A stretch of DNA of 64,000 nt from Mustelus asterias (lineage: Eukaryota), in NCBI RefSeq assembly GCF_964213995.1, contig NW_027590138.1, forward strand, positions 1,240,001 through 1,304,000, in the 5' to 3' direction. A program made the position numbers and the translations under genes. Below, in pieces: positions 50,701 through 64,000 of the stretch (positions are counted from its first letter, which is position 1; every line of letters starts with the position of its first letter). Below the pieces are notes generated by a model. That model searched no databases. It was not told the DNA's origin and saw only the letters and a program-made list of their open reading frames with translations.

Positions 50701-51024
50701 CAGATGGAGCCCTGTGGGTGTGGAGCAAACAGATGGAGCCCTGTGGGTGCGGAGCAAACAGATGGAGCCCTGTGGGTGCGGAGCAAACAGATGGAGCCCT
50801 GTGGGTGCGGTGCAAACAGATGGAGCCCTGTGGGTGCGGAGCAAACAGATGGAGCCCTGTGAGTGCGGAGCAAACAGATGGAGCCCTGTGGGTGCGGAGC
50901 AAACAGATGGAGCCCTGTGGGTGCGGAGCAAACAGATGGAGCCCTGTGGGTGCGGAGCAAACAGATGGAGCCCTGTGGGTGCGGAGCAAACAGATGGAGC
51001 CCTGTGGGTGCGGAGCAAACAGAT
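50698..51024. repeat. 29-bp tandem repeat x11
   Basis: Unit AAACAGATGGAGCCCTGTGGGTGCGGAGC, head-to-tail without spacers. Confidence 0.95.
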
Positions 51025-51224
51025 CAACATTCGTTACTGAGATAGATTCATTCAACACAGACAGCAGGGATTAATTCAGGAAATTACACAGTGCAGTGAG
51101 AAAGGAAATTCAGTGCCAGGTTTGAGGAGCTGGGACTTGCAATCGAAGGTTTGAAAAAAGAAAAAAACTGGAGTAAGGAAGGAGAAAATGACAATAAACT
51201 GAAGATGAATTTACATTCCTGGGT

Positions 51225-51450
51225 GTCCTTTATCCCTAATTTTAATCACTCCACCATTGGTAGCCGTGTTTTCAGCTGCCTGGACCCCAAACTCTGGAAT
51301 TTCCTCCCTGAACCTCTCCGTCTTTCCACTTCACTTTCCTCCTTAAAGACTCTCCTTATAACTGATCTCTTTGACCAAGACTTTGGATCATCCGACCCAA
51401 TATGTCCTTATGGTTCTGTGAAACTGCTTAGGACATTTTATTAAGTGAAA
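51225..51450 (+). mobile_element. L2-like 3' fragment
   Basis: IGSRVFSCLDPKLWNFLP..SSLKTLL. Confidence 0.65.
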
Positions 51451-51815
51451 AGCTCACTACAACTAAAAGTGAGATCTGATCACTTGCTGAGTGAGTCTGT
51501 GTAAATATAGCTCAGATAGACACAGCTTGTGTCAGAGTTTAGTGAGATCTGATCACTTACTGAGTGAGTGAATCTGTGTAAATGTAACTCAGACACAACT
51601 TCTGTCATAATTCAGTGATATTTAATCACTTACTGTGTGATATACATATATATCAATTGCATGGCTATGTCAAAACATATATCCGGATATATGAATTAGG
51701 AGCAGGAGTCGGCCACTCAGCCTGGTCTGCCATTCAATAAGATCATGTCTGGTCTGATTGTAACCTCAACTCCATAAACCCACCAACCCCAATATCCTTT
51801 CACCCCCTTATTTAT

Positions 51816-53055
51816 TGTTACGATCCTTGACCAGACCCCAGGATACAAGGAGAAATCCAGTTAAAATAGATAATATTTGAGACAAGACATTTAAGTATTA
51901 TAGAATCCCTACAGTGCAGAAGGGGGCCATTTGGCCCATCGAGTCTACACCAATCACAATCCCACCCAGGCCCTATCCCCGTAACCCCACTAGCTCTGCT
52001 AGACCCCTGACACTAAGAGGCAATTTAGTATGGACAATCCACCTAACCTGCACATTTTTGGATTATGGGAGGAAACCAGAACACCCGGAGGAAACCCACC
52101 AGACATGGGGAGAACGTGCAAACTGCACACAGACAGTGACCCAAGGCTGGAATCGAACCTGGATCCCTGGCACTGTGAGGCAGCAGTGCTAACCACTGTG
52201 CCACCGTGCCGCCCATGTTTAGCAAATGAATAAAGGCACAAGATTCCACAGATTCAGAACAAACAAAATAAACTTTACTATGCAAGGTAGGAGAGGTAAA
52301 AAATTTACAATATGTATTTTATTCTCTGACATTCATGGTAAATGAGGTACATGTGAATTAACAAACTGTGGCCGGACACATCACACTGTAAAATAAAATG
52401 ACAGATGCAATCAAAATCAATTCCATGGATTTCTCCACGACCTTTCCAGACATCAGACCCGCTGCGAGTCAACCAATCTCACGAAAGCTTTACCTTTCTC
52501 ATGAGGGTTTTCCAACAGCATCTTTGAATATCTCTCCATGGAATTGTCTCTAAACATTAGCCCCAGTCAGATGCTTTTAATAATTGCCCACCTCAGAGAG
52601 TTTCAATCTCAGCTCCTGAAATTCTTTCTCCCTGGATTCCGGAGTACACTCAAACACCAGCTTTCAAACATATTTTGAGATCTCTTGTCGTGCCAAGCAG
52701 AATATCGCTACTCCAAAGGGACACCTTTGCCCCAATGGCCCTCTTTACTTAAAGTCTGCTCCCCACAGTCTTTCTCCAACTTTTTAGACTCAACTTTACT
52801 GGGACCTCAGCCTATCTCTGTGGTATTTCTTGGCTATCAAACTCCCTGAAGCTGCATCAAGAAGTACTGATCACTGACCCTTGAAATGATCTGGTGACCC
52901 CCCAACACTCACAGAAGGTTCCACTCTTGTTACCAGGCAGCAACCAATGTAACAAGCATTGAAACATCTATCTTAAGGTTACAATCTCCAGATGTTTAAC
53001 AATCTCCAGATGTTTAATTTAGAAGCCAGGAACACAATTAATTAAATTCCGGACA
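51816..53055. mobile_element. Probable solo LTR (contains a SINE at 51900-52215)
   Basis: TGT...ACA ends, 4-bp TTAT duplication, splits a CR1 3' sequence (CCCCTTATTTAT|CAAGAATCTATC). Confidence 0.65.
51900..52215 (-). mobile_element. HE1-like SINE
   Basis: Full head GGGCGGCACGGTGGCACAGTGG on the minus strand, core and tail. Confidence 0.9.
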
Positions 53056-54075
53056 TTATCAAGAATCTATCTACCTCTGTTTTGAAAATATGCAAAGACT
53101 CTGCGTCTACTGCCTTTTGAGGAATAGAGTTCCAAACGACTCACGATCCATTGAGAGAGAAAAAAGTCTCCTAATCTCTGTCTTAAATAAAAAACTCTAC
53201 ATTTTTATATGGTGACTCCTAGTTCTAGATTGTCCAACAATAGGCAACATTCTCTCCACATCCGCTCTGTCAAGTTGTCTTTTACACTTCTAAACTCCAG
53301 CTCAGAGAAGCTGAGTCTGTCCAACCTTTCCTTTTGCAGGATATTAGAGAGTGAGGATTTGCAGACAGAAAACTCAAACAAAAATCTTAACAAGATCTTA
53401 CAGCAGGGGCTCCCGAACCATGAACTGTGTTCCCTGGTGAGGCCACGGGCTGAGGTATTGGTGTCGTGACCTTTGGGGCAGCAATGGTAGTTGTGGGGCA
53501 GAGATTCAGCTTGGACAGTCCTGCTTTGAGGCTCCATGACCTGCATGCAAGTGTTCTTGCTGCTGGTTCACGTGTCCAGAGAATGAAGTCTCAGGCCTGA
53601 GGCCCCATCACTGCCTCTGTCATAAAGACCAGTGAACAAGTGACTGCTGCACCACCCCTCACTGCTCTCTCAACTCGTTCCTCCCAGCATTTCCACAATT
53701 CTTACCAACTCTGCCCTGCCCCCACAACTCTTACACCACCCCCACCCCAGTCTCACTCTGATGTCTGTGTTCTGTGGACGAGGTTTCAACTAATCACCCG
53801 ATCTGGAGAGAAAAAGGAAACCCTGCAAAGAATCTGGAAAAGGCTGAGAGATCAGATCTAAGACAGGAGAATGTCAGAGACAGATTGGCCCGGTGGACTA
53901 GTGGAAGGGAGAGAAGCAGCAGAGGCAGCTGTTCAAATTGTCTCAATCTTAGTGACAAAGAAGCTCCATGAGCTCCTCACAGAGGAAGAGCCGTTCAAAA
54001 TGAGATATTCAAAAGATTCAATACGCTGTGCATTTAACACAAAGCTGATTTACTTGACTTTTATCCATAATAAAA

Positions 54076-54390
54076 GGGACGGCACAGTGGTTAGCACTGC
54101 TGCCTCACAGCACCAGAGACCCGAGTTCAATTCTGGCCTTGGGTGACTGTGTGGAGTCTACACGTTCTCCCTGTGTCTGCGTGGCTTTCCTCTGGATGCT
54201 CCGGTTTCCTCCCACAGTCCAAAGGTGTGTGGATTAGGTGGATTGGCCATGCTAAATTGCCCCTTAGTGTCAGGGGGATTAGCAGGGTAAATATATGAAT
54301 TTACGGGGATAGGACCTGGGTGGGATTGTTGTCAGTGCAGGCTCGATGGGCCGAATGGCCTCCTTCTGCACAGTAGGAATTCTATGACTC
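54076..54390 (+). mobile_element. HE1-like SINE
   Basis: Head, V-core, ATTCTATGA tail. Confidence 0.88.
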
Positions 54391-54489
54391 TCTGATTCTT
54401 TAAACATTAAGCACTCCAACTGGAGCTGGGATTTATTAATATCAACTGAAACAGATCTCAGTGAACTCTGTTCAGTCACTACTGTAGTT

Positions 54490-55135
<646 letters not shown>

Positions 55136-55270
55136 TTTCTGCCCAGTGTGACTTGTGTTTCAACAGGTCAGACGATTGGCAGAAGCCATTTCACCCACTG
55201 TCAGAATGAACATGGTTCAGTCCTGGATGTGATTAACAGCAGCAATAACAGCAGAATCCAACCCCTGTCA

Positions 55271-55859
55271 TCACTTGTGAATTCGCTGGTGTCTCAGCAG
55301 GTGGGATGACCAAGTGAATCCCTTCCCGCACACGGAGCAGGTGAATGGTTTCTCCCCAGAGTGAATTCGCTGGTGTGTCTGCAGGCTGGAGAACTGAGTG
55401 AATCCCTTCCCACACACGGTGCAGGTGAACAGCTTCTCCCCGGTGTGAACTCGCTGGTGTGTCAGCAGGGTGGATGAGTGAGTAAATCTCTTCTCACACT
55501 CTGAGCAGGTGAACGGCCGCTCCCCAGTGTGAACTCGCCAGTGTGCCAGCAGGGTGGAGGAGTCTTTAAATCCCTTCCCACAGTCAGAGCAAATGAACGG
55601 CCTCTCCCCAGTGTGAACTCGCTGGTGTCTCAGCAGAAGGGATGGATTAGTGAATCCCTTCCCACATTGAGAGCAGGTGAATGGCCTCTCGACTGTGAAC
55701 CTGTTGGTGTGTCAGCAGTGTGGACGACTGAGCAAATCCCTTCCCACACTTGGAGCAGATGAATGGTCTCTCCCCAGTGTGACTGCGTCGATGAGTTTCC
55801 AGCTCAGACGGGGACCTGAATCCCTTCTCACAGTCCCCACATTTCCACGGTTTCTCCAT
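55271..55859 (-). pseudogene. ZNF-E: 7 fingers, frameshift near 55690
   Basis: ACCATGGAGAAACCG start; linker deletion (HSREAI); acceptor TTACAG|GATATT at 56157. Confidence 0.8.
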
Positions 55860-56690
55860 GGTGCGGGTGTCCTTGTGACTCTCCAGGTTAAACAATAAGT
55901 TAAATCTCACATGGAACACGTGTACAGTTTCTTCCCGTTGTGAATGGCGATGTTTTTTCAGGCTGTGTAACAGGTTAAAGCTCTTTCCACACTCAGTTCA
56001 CTGGAACACTCTCAATCAGGTGTGTGTGTGTCTCGGTGCTTTTCCAGTCACAATGATGTTAGAATGGCCGAAGGTTTCACATCCTAGTGAATTGAGTGGC
56101 TCAGATCTTGATGTTTGTTTTGAGATTTCTGTCTCAAAATTCTCCCCTTCTAATATCCTGTAAAAGGAGTTCACAAAAGTCACCACTATTAGTGTAGGAT
56201 AAAAATTCAGAACAGACAGTTTTAGTTTCTCTGGAACAATCTACCTCTCATTCCCCCAAAACTGTAAATCTGTCTATTTTTCCTCCATTCTCAGTCTGCT
56301 GTCCCTCCAACGCTCCTGAAGATGCTAATTCATGTTGATTGACAGATCAATACATAATGCTTCCTGTCCTCAACACAGAGACCATAACATCATGGAAAGT
56401 AGGAGGAATAGACCATTCGGCCCATTGAGCCTGCTGTTCCATTCAATAAGATGATGGTTGATCCGATTGTGCCCTTAACTCCACGTTCCCGCCTGTCGGC
56501 CATAACTCTTGTGGATAACAATCTGCCTAACTCAGCCTGACGCAGCCTCCACTGCTCCCTGGGGAAAATAATTCCAAAGACTCCCTGAGGGAAGAAATTT
56601 CTCCTCGTCTCCATTCGAAATGAGAAACCCTTTATATTTGGCATTCTGCCCATGTGGGGAAATAACCTCTCTTCATCTGTCAAGCTACCT

Positions 56691-57005
56691 TGGGCAGCAC
56701 GGTGGCACAGTGGTTAACACTGCTGCCTCACAGCGCCAGGGATCCGGGTTCAATTCCCGGCTTGGGTCACTGTCTGTGCGGATTCTGCACATTCCCCCCG
56801 TGTCTGTGCGGGTTTCTTCCAGATGCTCCCATTTCATCGCACAGTCCAAAAGACGTGCTGGTTAGGTGCACTGGCCAAACTAAATTCTCCCTCAATGTAC
56901 CCGAACAGGCACTGGAGTGTGGCGACTAGAGGATTTTCACAGTCACTTCTTTGCAGTGTTAACGTAAGCCTACTTGTGACACGAATAAATAAAATTTAAA
57001 GTTAA
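56691..57005 (+). mobile_element. V-SINE with alternative 3' tail
   Basis: Same tail as 41495-41795. Confidence 0.85.
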
Positions 57006-57177
57006 AAAGATTACCCCTCATTCTTCTAAACTCCAATGAGTACAGGCTCAACCGTTCCCAATAACACAACACCTTCCCAGGTATTAGACTGGTGATCCAG
57101 TATAACGTGGGAAAATGTGAACTTGTCCACTCAGACAGAAAGAACAGAAAAAGCAGCAGCTTATTTAAATGAATTGC

Positions 57178-58132
57178 AGAACAAAGAACAATACAGCACA
57201 GGAACAGGCCCTTCGGCCCTCCAAGCCTGCACCGATCATGTGTTCCTAACGAGACCATCCGTTTGTATCCCTCTATTCCCAGTCTGTTCCTGTGGTTGTC
57301 TAGATAAGTCTTAAATGATCCTCGCGTGTCTGCCTCAACCACCTTGCTTGGTAGTGCATTCCAGGCCCCCACCACCCTCTGTGTAAAATACGTCCCCCAC
57401 ATATCTGTATTGAACCTTGCCCCCCTTCCCTTGAACTTGTGACCCCTTGTGTTTGTCATTTCTGACCTGGGAAAAAGCTTCCAACTGTTCACCCTATCTA
57501 TGCCCTTCATAATTTTATAAACTTCTATTAGGTCGCCCCTCAACCTCTGTCTTTCCAGGGAGAACAACCCTAGTTTACTCAATCTCTCCTCATAGCTAAT
57601 ACCCTCCATACCAGGCAACATCCTGGTAAGCCTTTTCTGCACTCTCTCCAAAGCCTCCACGTCCTTCTGATAGTGTGGCGACCAGAACTGGACACAGAAT
57701 TCCAAATGTGGCCGAACCAACGTTCTATATAACTGCAACATCATATGCTAACTTTTATATTCTATGCCCCGTCCAATAAAGGCAAGCATGCCATATGCCT
57801 TCTTCACCACCTTTTCCACCTGTGCTGTCACCTTTAAGGATCTGTGGACTTGCACACCCAGGTCCCTCTGCGTGTCTGTACTCCTGATGGTTCTGCCATT
57901 TATTGTATAGCTCCCTCCTGCATTAGATCTACCAAAATGCATCACTTCGCATTTATCTGGATTAAATTCCATCTGCCATTTCTCCGCCCAATTTTCCAGC
58001 CTATCTATATCCTGCTGTATTCTCTGACAATGTTCATCACTATCCGCAACCCCAGCAGTCTTTGTGTCGTCCGCAAACTTACTAATCAGACCAGCTACAT
58101 CTTCTTCCAAATCATTTATATACATCACAAAC
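57178..58132 (-). mobile_element. CR1 3' part, same subfamily as 14891-16328
   Basis: YINDLEEDVAGLISKFADD..LYRTLVRPHLE; near-identical 3' UTR. Confidence 0.92.
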
Positions 58133-58767
58133 AGAACTCTGAGGTACAGAGCAATCTGGGTGCCTTGGCAGGGGAATCACAAGTTAGTTTCCAGGTGCAG
58201 GGTTAATACTCAGGTCCATGAACTCCACCACCGTGCACCCCACAAACTGTGTCACCTTCATCAGTGATACTATCCTGCTCTCTGACCACAGTCTGAACCA
58301 GACCAATTGCAATCTTCCTTTCCTATTTGACCTCAAGTTGAGCTATTGGCTACATACCCTTACCGTCTCTAATATTACTGTTTCCACCTCTGTAAGACAA
58401 TTAGATCCATCCTGCCTCAGTTCATTTGCTGCTGAACTTCTCATCTTGCCTTTGTTACTTTCAGATTTGACTATTCCAACGCTCTTCTGACCGATCCCCC
58501 ATCTTCCATTCTCCATAAACTTACCCTCCTCCAGAACTCTCTGGATGGTTGGCAGTTTAGTGGGAAAGAGTGAATAGAACGGAAGGTGGGTTTCATGGAC
58601 AAGATTAGCTCTTGAAGGGATATGGGGAGATGGAGAGAAACTGAAGAAAGAAGTCAGTTTAAGGCCTGGGCTGGGCAGATCTTCAGAACAATTTTGAACT
58701 TCCGGGGTAGTGGAAGGGAGGAAAGCAGCAGAGGCAGCTGATCAGATTGTCTCAATCTTAGTGACAA

Positions 58768-59105
58768 TGGGGCAGCACAGAGGCAGAGTGGTAGCATTGC
58801 TGCCTCACAGCGCCAGAGACCCAGGTTCAATTCCAGACCAGGTGGGCAGTTTGCACGTTCTCCTGAAGTCTGTGGGGGTTACCAATGGGTGCTCTGCTTT
58901 CCTACCACAGTCCAAAGATGTGCAGGTTAGGTGGCTTGGCCATGCTAAATTGCCCCTTAGTGTCTAAAGATATGTGGGTTGGGCGTATTGGCCATGATGG
59001 ATGCATGGGGATAGGGCCGAGGTAATATGCTCTGTTGGAGAGTTGGTGCAGACTGAATGGGCCGAATGGCCTCTTTCCACATTGCAGGGATTCTATGATT
59101 CCATG
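58768..59105 (+). mobile_element. HE1-like SINE, diverged
   Basis: Head, core, ATTCTATGATTCCATG tail. Confidence 0.8.
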
Positions 59106-59589
59106 AGCTCCTCACACTCGTTGCTTTGGCAAGAATGAAGGAGACTGGGGATACTGAGGATGTTTTAAAAAGAGCTAACTTGTGTTAGAGATATTAAAAT
59201 TATTAACCACACTGGCTGTTCCAACACAAAGCTGATTTATTTGACTTTTATCCAGAATATTAACACATATGATAGGGATCAAGTTTATCAACATCAGCAG
59301 AAACAGAACACAAAGGTATTTTTTAAGACAAATGATAGAAAAATATCAGGAAGGTCAATGCAATAAGAAGATTGGATTAAGTAAACACAAATTACTGTGG
59401 ATGCTTGAAATCTGAAATAAAACAGAAAATTTGGGAAAATCTCAGCAGGTTTGGCAGCATCTGTGGAAAGAGAAACAGAGTTAACGTTTCAAGTCTGTAC
59501 AGATCAGGTAAGAATGGCAGATTTCCCTCCCTCAAGGACACTAATGAACCAAAGATCCAATTTCTGGACTGTCAAATTGAGATTAGGGA

Positions 59590-60140
59590 AGGGGATCAGA
59601 GTGAAGGTGTAAAGATTATGGGTGAAGACTTGAAGAATATGAGTAGCTTCAAGTTCCTGGGGTCAGTGATGGGAGGAGATGGAAATTTGGAAATGAAGAA
59701 ACAGATTAGCTCTGGCTGCAGTAATTGGAAGATGTGCAGTGGAATATTCTGTGATAGAAAATTATCACTGAACTTGAAAAGGAAGAATCTACAATCACAG
59801 AAAGTAGTTGAGGCCAAAACATTGTGTGATTTCAAGAAGAAATTAGATATAGCTCTTGGGACTAAAGGGATCAGGATATTGAATTCGATGATCAGCCATG
59901 ATCATAATGAATGGCGCAGCAGGATCGAAGGGCCGAACGGCCTACTCCTGTTTCTAGTTTTTATGTTTCTATGTAGTGGAGAAGAGATTGAAATGGTCTG
60001 GACATCTGTTATGGAGAGTGAGGGAGGAAATGTGGTGAGGGGAGTGATGGACATGGGACTGTCAGGAAGAAGGAGAGGAGGAATGTCTAAGACCAGATGG
60101 AAAGATGCGGTGGACAGAGACAGAAATATAATGGGATTGG
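59590..60140 (+). mobile_element. RTE-like LINE C-terminal remnant interrupted by a CR1 tail (~59790-59975)
   Basis: FKFLGSV..GIFCDRKLSLNLK and GRRRGGMSKTRWKDAV. Confidence 0.65.
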
Positions 60141-60278
60141 GAGAGGGATGGTGACTGACAGGAGGAGATGGTGAAGCAGCTTTGTGGTGATTCCAAGTAA
60201 AATGGGAAGAGGAGGAAGAAAAACACCCAGATCCCAGTGAACATGGATGTGGTTAACAGCAAAACCAAATTGTGGTAG

Positions 60279-61399
60279 TTACTCGTGAACTGGCTGGTGT
60301 CTCAGCAGATTGGATAACTCGATGAATCCTTTCCCCACACTGGGAACAGGTGAATGCCTCTCCCCAGTGTGAATTCGCTGGTGCCTCTGCAGGTTGGCTG
60401 ACTGAGTGAATCCCTTCCCACATTTAGGGCAGGTGAATGGCCTTTCTCCAGTATGTGTGCGCTGGTGTTTCAGCAGGGTGGATAAATCAGTGAATCCCTT
60501 CCCACACTCGGAGCAGGTGAATGGTCTCTCCCCGGTGTGAATTCGTTGGTGAACAGTCAGGTTTGTTGATCTCCTGAACCCAGTCCCGCAGTCAGTGCAC
60601 TTGAATGGTCTCTCGTCCGTGTGAACGCGTTGATGGGACATCAGTTGGCTGGAACTTTTATAGCACTTCCCACAGTCTGGGCATTTAAAAGGTCTCTCGT
60701 CAGTGTGAACTCGCTGGTGTGTCAGCAAGTCAGATGGCCGAGTGAATCTCTTCCCACATTCTGAGCAGGTGAATGGCTTCTCCGCAGTGTGAGTCATTGT
60801 GTGTAAATGCAGGCTGCCGGACTGAGTGAATCCCTTCCCACACTCAGAGCAGGTGAACGGTCTCTCCCCAGTGTGAACCTGCCGGTGAACCAAGAGGTTG
60901 GATAATTGAATGAATCCCTTCCCACACTCGGAGCAGGTATATGGTCTCTCTCCAGAGTGAACTCGCTGGTGTGTCTGTCGGTGGGATGACCGAGTGAAAC
61001 TCTTCCCACACACGGAACAGGTGAATGGCTTTTCCCCAGTGTGATCACGTTGGTGTGTCAGCAGGTGGGATGACTGAGTGAATCTCTTCCCACACTGAGA
61101 GCAGGTGAATGGCCTCTCCCCAGTGTGAACACGCCGGTGATTCAGCAAGGTTGCCGACCGAGTGAATCCCTTCCCACACTCGGGGCAGGTGAACGGTCTC
61201 TCCCCACTATGAAGTCGCTGGTGATTCTGCAGGGCAGATGAATGAGTGAATTCCTTCCCACAGTCCCCACATTTCCACACCTTCTCCCTGTTGTGACTGC
61301 GCTTGTGTCTCGACAGGCCAGCTGACTGGCTGAAGCCTCGCCCACACACAGAACACTGTACAGTTTCTCTCCACTGTCAACGGTGCTTCTTTCTTCCAT
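60279..61399 (-). pseudogene. ZNF-F: 12-13 fingers, 1-bp deletion shortly after the MEERST start
   Basis: CTGTACAGTGTTCT versus CTGTACACGTGTTCT in ZNF-D; 356-codon open finger array follows; acceptor TTTCACAG|GG at 61508. Confidence 0.75.
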
Positions 61400-62805
61400 G
61401 TTCAAAATCCGATGAAATTCAGGTTATGATAAATTAGGTGACCCCGTCAGATTTTGATGTGATGTTTGATTTCAGTTTCCTGACTGCAAATCCTCCCCTT
61501 CTAAAGCCCTGTGAAATTGATTTAAAACAGAAAAAAGGGAGTGAGAGAGAACCCACAAGAACACAAAGGCAGATTGTGAAATTGAGCTGAATGAATCTGG
61601 TAATTTGTGGGGCAGGCACTAGGAAAACGTGACCATGGAAACTGCTGGATTGTCACAAAAATCAGACAGGTTCAGTAATATCCTTCAGGGAAGAGAACCT
61701 GCCATCTGTTCTGTGCCTTCACAAGACTCTGGACACAATGGGTGAAGAGAGACAGAGTGATATATATACACATAATATATACATACACACGAGAGAGATT
61801 GCCCCAATACAAACTTCACTCCCTAACCGCGCTATCCTTCTCCCGAGCAACTATCTGAAGTGAAATTAATTTCACAACATTACTGCCATCCTTTACCCAA
61901 AACTGAGCTTCCGACCCTGTACCTCTAGACTTAACCACCCCATCTCTGAAATCTCCTCCATCACACAACCCCGTGAGATATCTGTACTGATCTAATTGTG
62001 GCATCATGAGTGTTCCACATTTCAATCACACCAACACTGTGAAAAAGTGTGTGTAACTGGAAAATACAGATCAACATCCACAACCAACACCCGCCCCGAT
62101 ACAAGTCACTCTTAATTGGTCAATCGCTGCTTCAAGGCTCGGTTCTGGGACAAACGCCTGCAACAAAATAATAGCAAAATACTGTGGTTGCTGAAAATCT
62201 GAAATAAAAAGAGCAAATACTGAAAATACTTAACTTGTTAGCAAGTAACTGTGGCAAGAGAACAGAGTTAAAATATCTGAGTGTGCAGAATCAATATGGG
62301 TATACAATCAGGATCAAGCGTAGGCCATTCAGCCCCTCAAGCCTGTTCCACCATTTAATAAGATCATGGCTAATCTGATAGTAACTTCAAATCTTCAATT
62401 CCAGGGAATTATGGTGCAGATTTGATGTTTAATATCAGCCAATGAGCAAAAGAGAAATGATCTCCAGTGCAGGAAAAAGAATTCCTGACCATTGGGAGAT
62501 AAAGATGGTACATCAGAAGCACATAGCTGAGGGATGGGAAAAGGTGAAAGCTTCATCTAGACACAGTTGCAAGAAAATAACAGTAAAGTACCAAACACGG
62601 TTAAAATAAATCTACTACTAGAAAATAGAGAGTCAAACAATGACAGAGGTAATCAGAGAGGGCAGAGGTGAAACAGAGCAATGGATGGATATGGATTCAG
62701 ATCCAAAGAAAGAGTCAGACCAGCCTGAGAGATAGAACAGAGCACAAATAACAGAGCATGGCACTAAAAGCACTGGATTGTAGATGAATGCTCAATAATA
62801 CTCAC

Positions 62806-62898
62806 TTCTGGAACTATTTGAAAACCTCCTGCTGCAGCTGGAAAGATATCAGAAGCATTGGAATCAGAGAAATCACAGACTTCAAATCTTCCAACTCC
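62806..62898 (-). other. Candidate 93-bp internal exon upstream of ZNF-F
   Basis: CTCCTTTTACAG acceptor and GTGAGT donor; homologous sequence at positions 1-30. Confidence 0.45.
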
Positions 62899-63355
62899 CT
62901 GTAAAAGGAGATTACAAGAGTCATGTGTCAACTGTGGTTAGAAAATAAGAGATAAACATTTTTCTTGGTTTGCGATTGCTCCCCTTTTAACCCCCTGTAA
63001 AAGGGTGCAGGATTATGTAAAATGGGATACGCTTACATTGGAAGTAATTCAGACAAGGTTCACTAAGCTGATTCCAGGCATGAAGTGTTTTTTTTAAATG
63101 AGGAAACATTGGGTAGGGTGTACATATACTCATTAGATTTTAGATAAATGTTGTAACTGAAGCATATAAGATTCTGTGGGTGCTTGGCAGGATAAGTGCT
63201 GCAAGGATGTTTCGCCTCAGAGGGAAATGTGGAACTGCAGAGACAGTTTAAAAGGAAGGGTTGAAGACAGAGATGAGGAGAAATCGCTTCGCTCAGGAGG
63301 TCCAGTAGCCTGTGCAATTCTCTCCTTCAGTGAGCAATGGAAGCTGGCTCATTGG

Positions 63356-64000
63356 CAGCAACCTCTGCAAGACGTGCCGGACACAGCAACCTCTGCAAGA
63401 CGTGCCGGACACAGCAACCTCTGCAAGACGTGCCGGATCATCGACACAGATGCCATCATCTCACGTGAGAACACCATCCACCAGGTACATGGTACATACT
63501 CTTGCAACTCGGCCAACGTTGTCTACCTGATACGCTGCAAGAAAGGATGTCCCGAGGCATGGTACATTGGGGAAACTATGCAGACGCTGCGACAACGGAT
63601 GAATGAACACCGCTCGACAATCACCAGGCAAGACTGTTCTCTTCCTGTTGGGGAGCACTTCAGCGGTCACGGGCATTCGGCCTCTGATATTCGGGTAAGC
63701 GTTCTCCAAGGCGGCCTTCGCGACACACGACGGCGCATAGTCGCTGAGCAGAAACTGATAGCCAAGTTCCGCACACACGAGGACGGCCTCAACCGGGATA
63801 TTGGGTTCATGGCACACTATTTGTAACCCCCACAGAGTTTCACTGGCTGTCTTGTCTGGAGACAATACACATCTTTTTAGCCTGTCTTGATGCTCTCTCC
63901 ACTCACATTGTTTTGTTTCTTAAAGACTTGATTAGTTGTAAGTATTCGCATTCCAACCATTATTCATGTAAATTGAGTTTGTGTCTTTATATGCTCTGTT
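63356..64000 (+). mobile_element. Penelope 3' part (GIY-YIG), runs off the window
   Basis: NVVYLIRCKKGCPEAWYIGET...EDGLNRD, open to the stop at 63826. Confidence 0.92.

Noticed and set aside
50698-51024. CRISPR-like appearance of the 29-bp repeats
   Set aside because: Units are head-to-tail with no unique spacers, there are no cas genes, and the DNA is vertebrate
59405-60154. 249-aa ORF
   Set aside because: Chance fusion of Penelope-type tail, RTE and CR1 fragments

Overview
Vertebrate genomic DNA, most likely a shark or other elasmobranch (inferred from HE1-type tRNA-derived V-SINEs with CR1-type (ATTCTATG)n tails, plus CR1, Rex1, L2, RTE, Tx1-like and Penelope elements). The window is a cluster of about 7 tandem C2H2 zinc-finger (ZNF) genes/pseudogenes with no recognisable KRAB/SCAN/BTB effector domain. 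It is built from a ~7.8 kb direct segmental duplication (455-8245 / 28912-36800), an inverted duplication (~10130-14870 / ~23105-27700) and a shared CpG promoter cassette (NRF1, CCAAT, GC-box, YY1) found five times. Main points of interest: (i) a ZNF ORF whose inter-finger linker is amplified into 52 in-frame 24-bp units (VTCTEGSS)n, flanked by fingers that decay without breaking frame; (ii) minimal hammerhead ribozyme motifs in Penelope termini; (iii) a family-wide start codon created from the TGEKP linker, with dead fingers left as 5' leader; (iv) a CRE-palindrome minisatellite between divergent ZNF promoters; (v) a ~220-bp duplication flanking a CR1 insertion. Coordinates were read by eye and most TE boundaries are approximate; gene labels ZNF-A to ZNF-F are my own.
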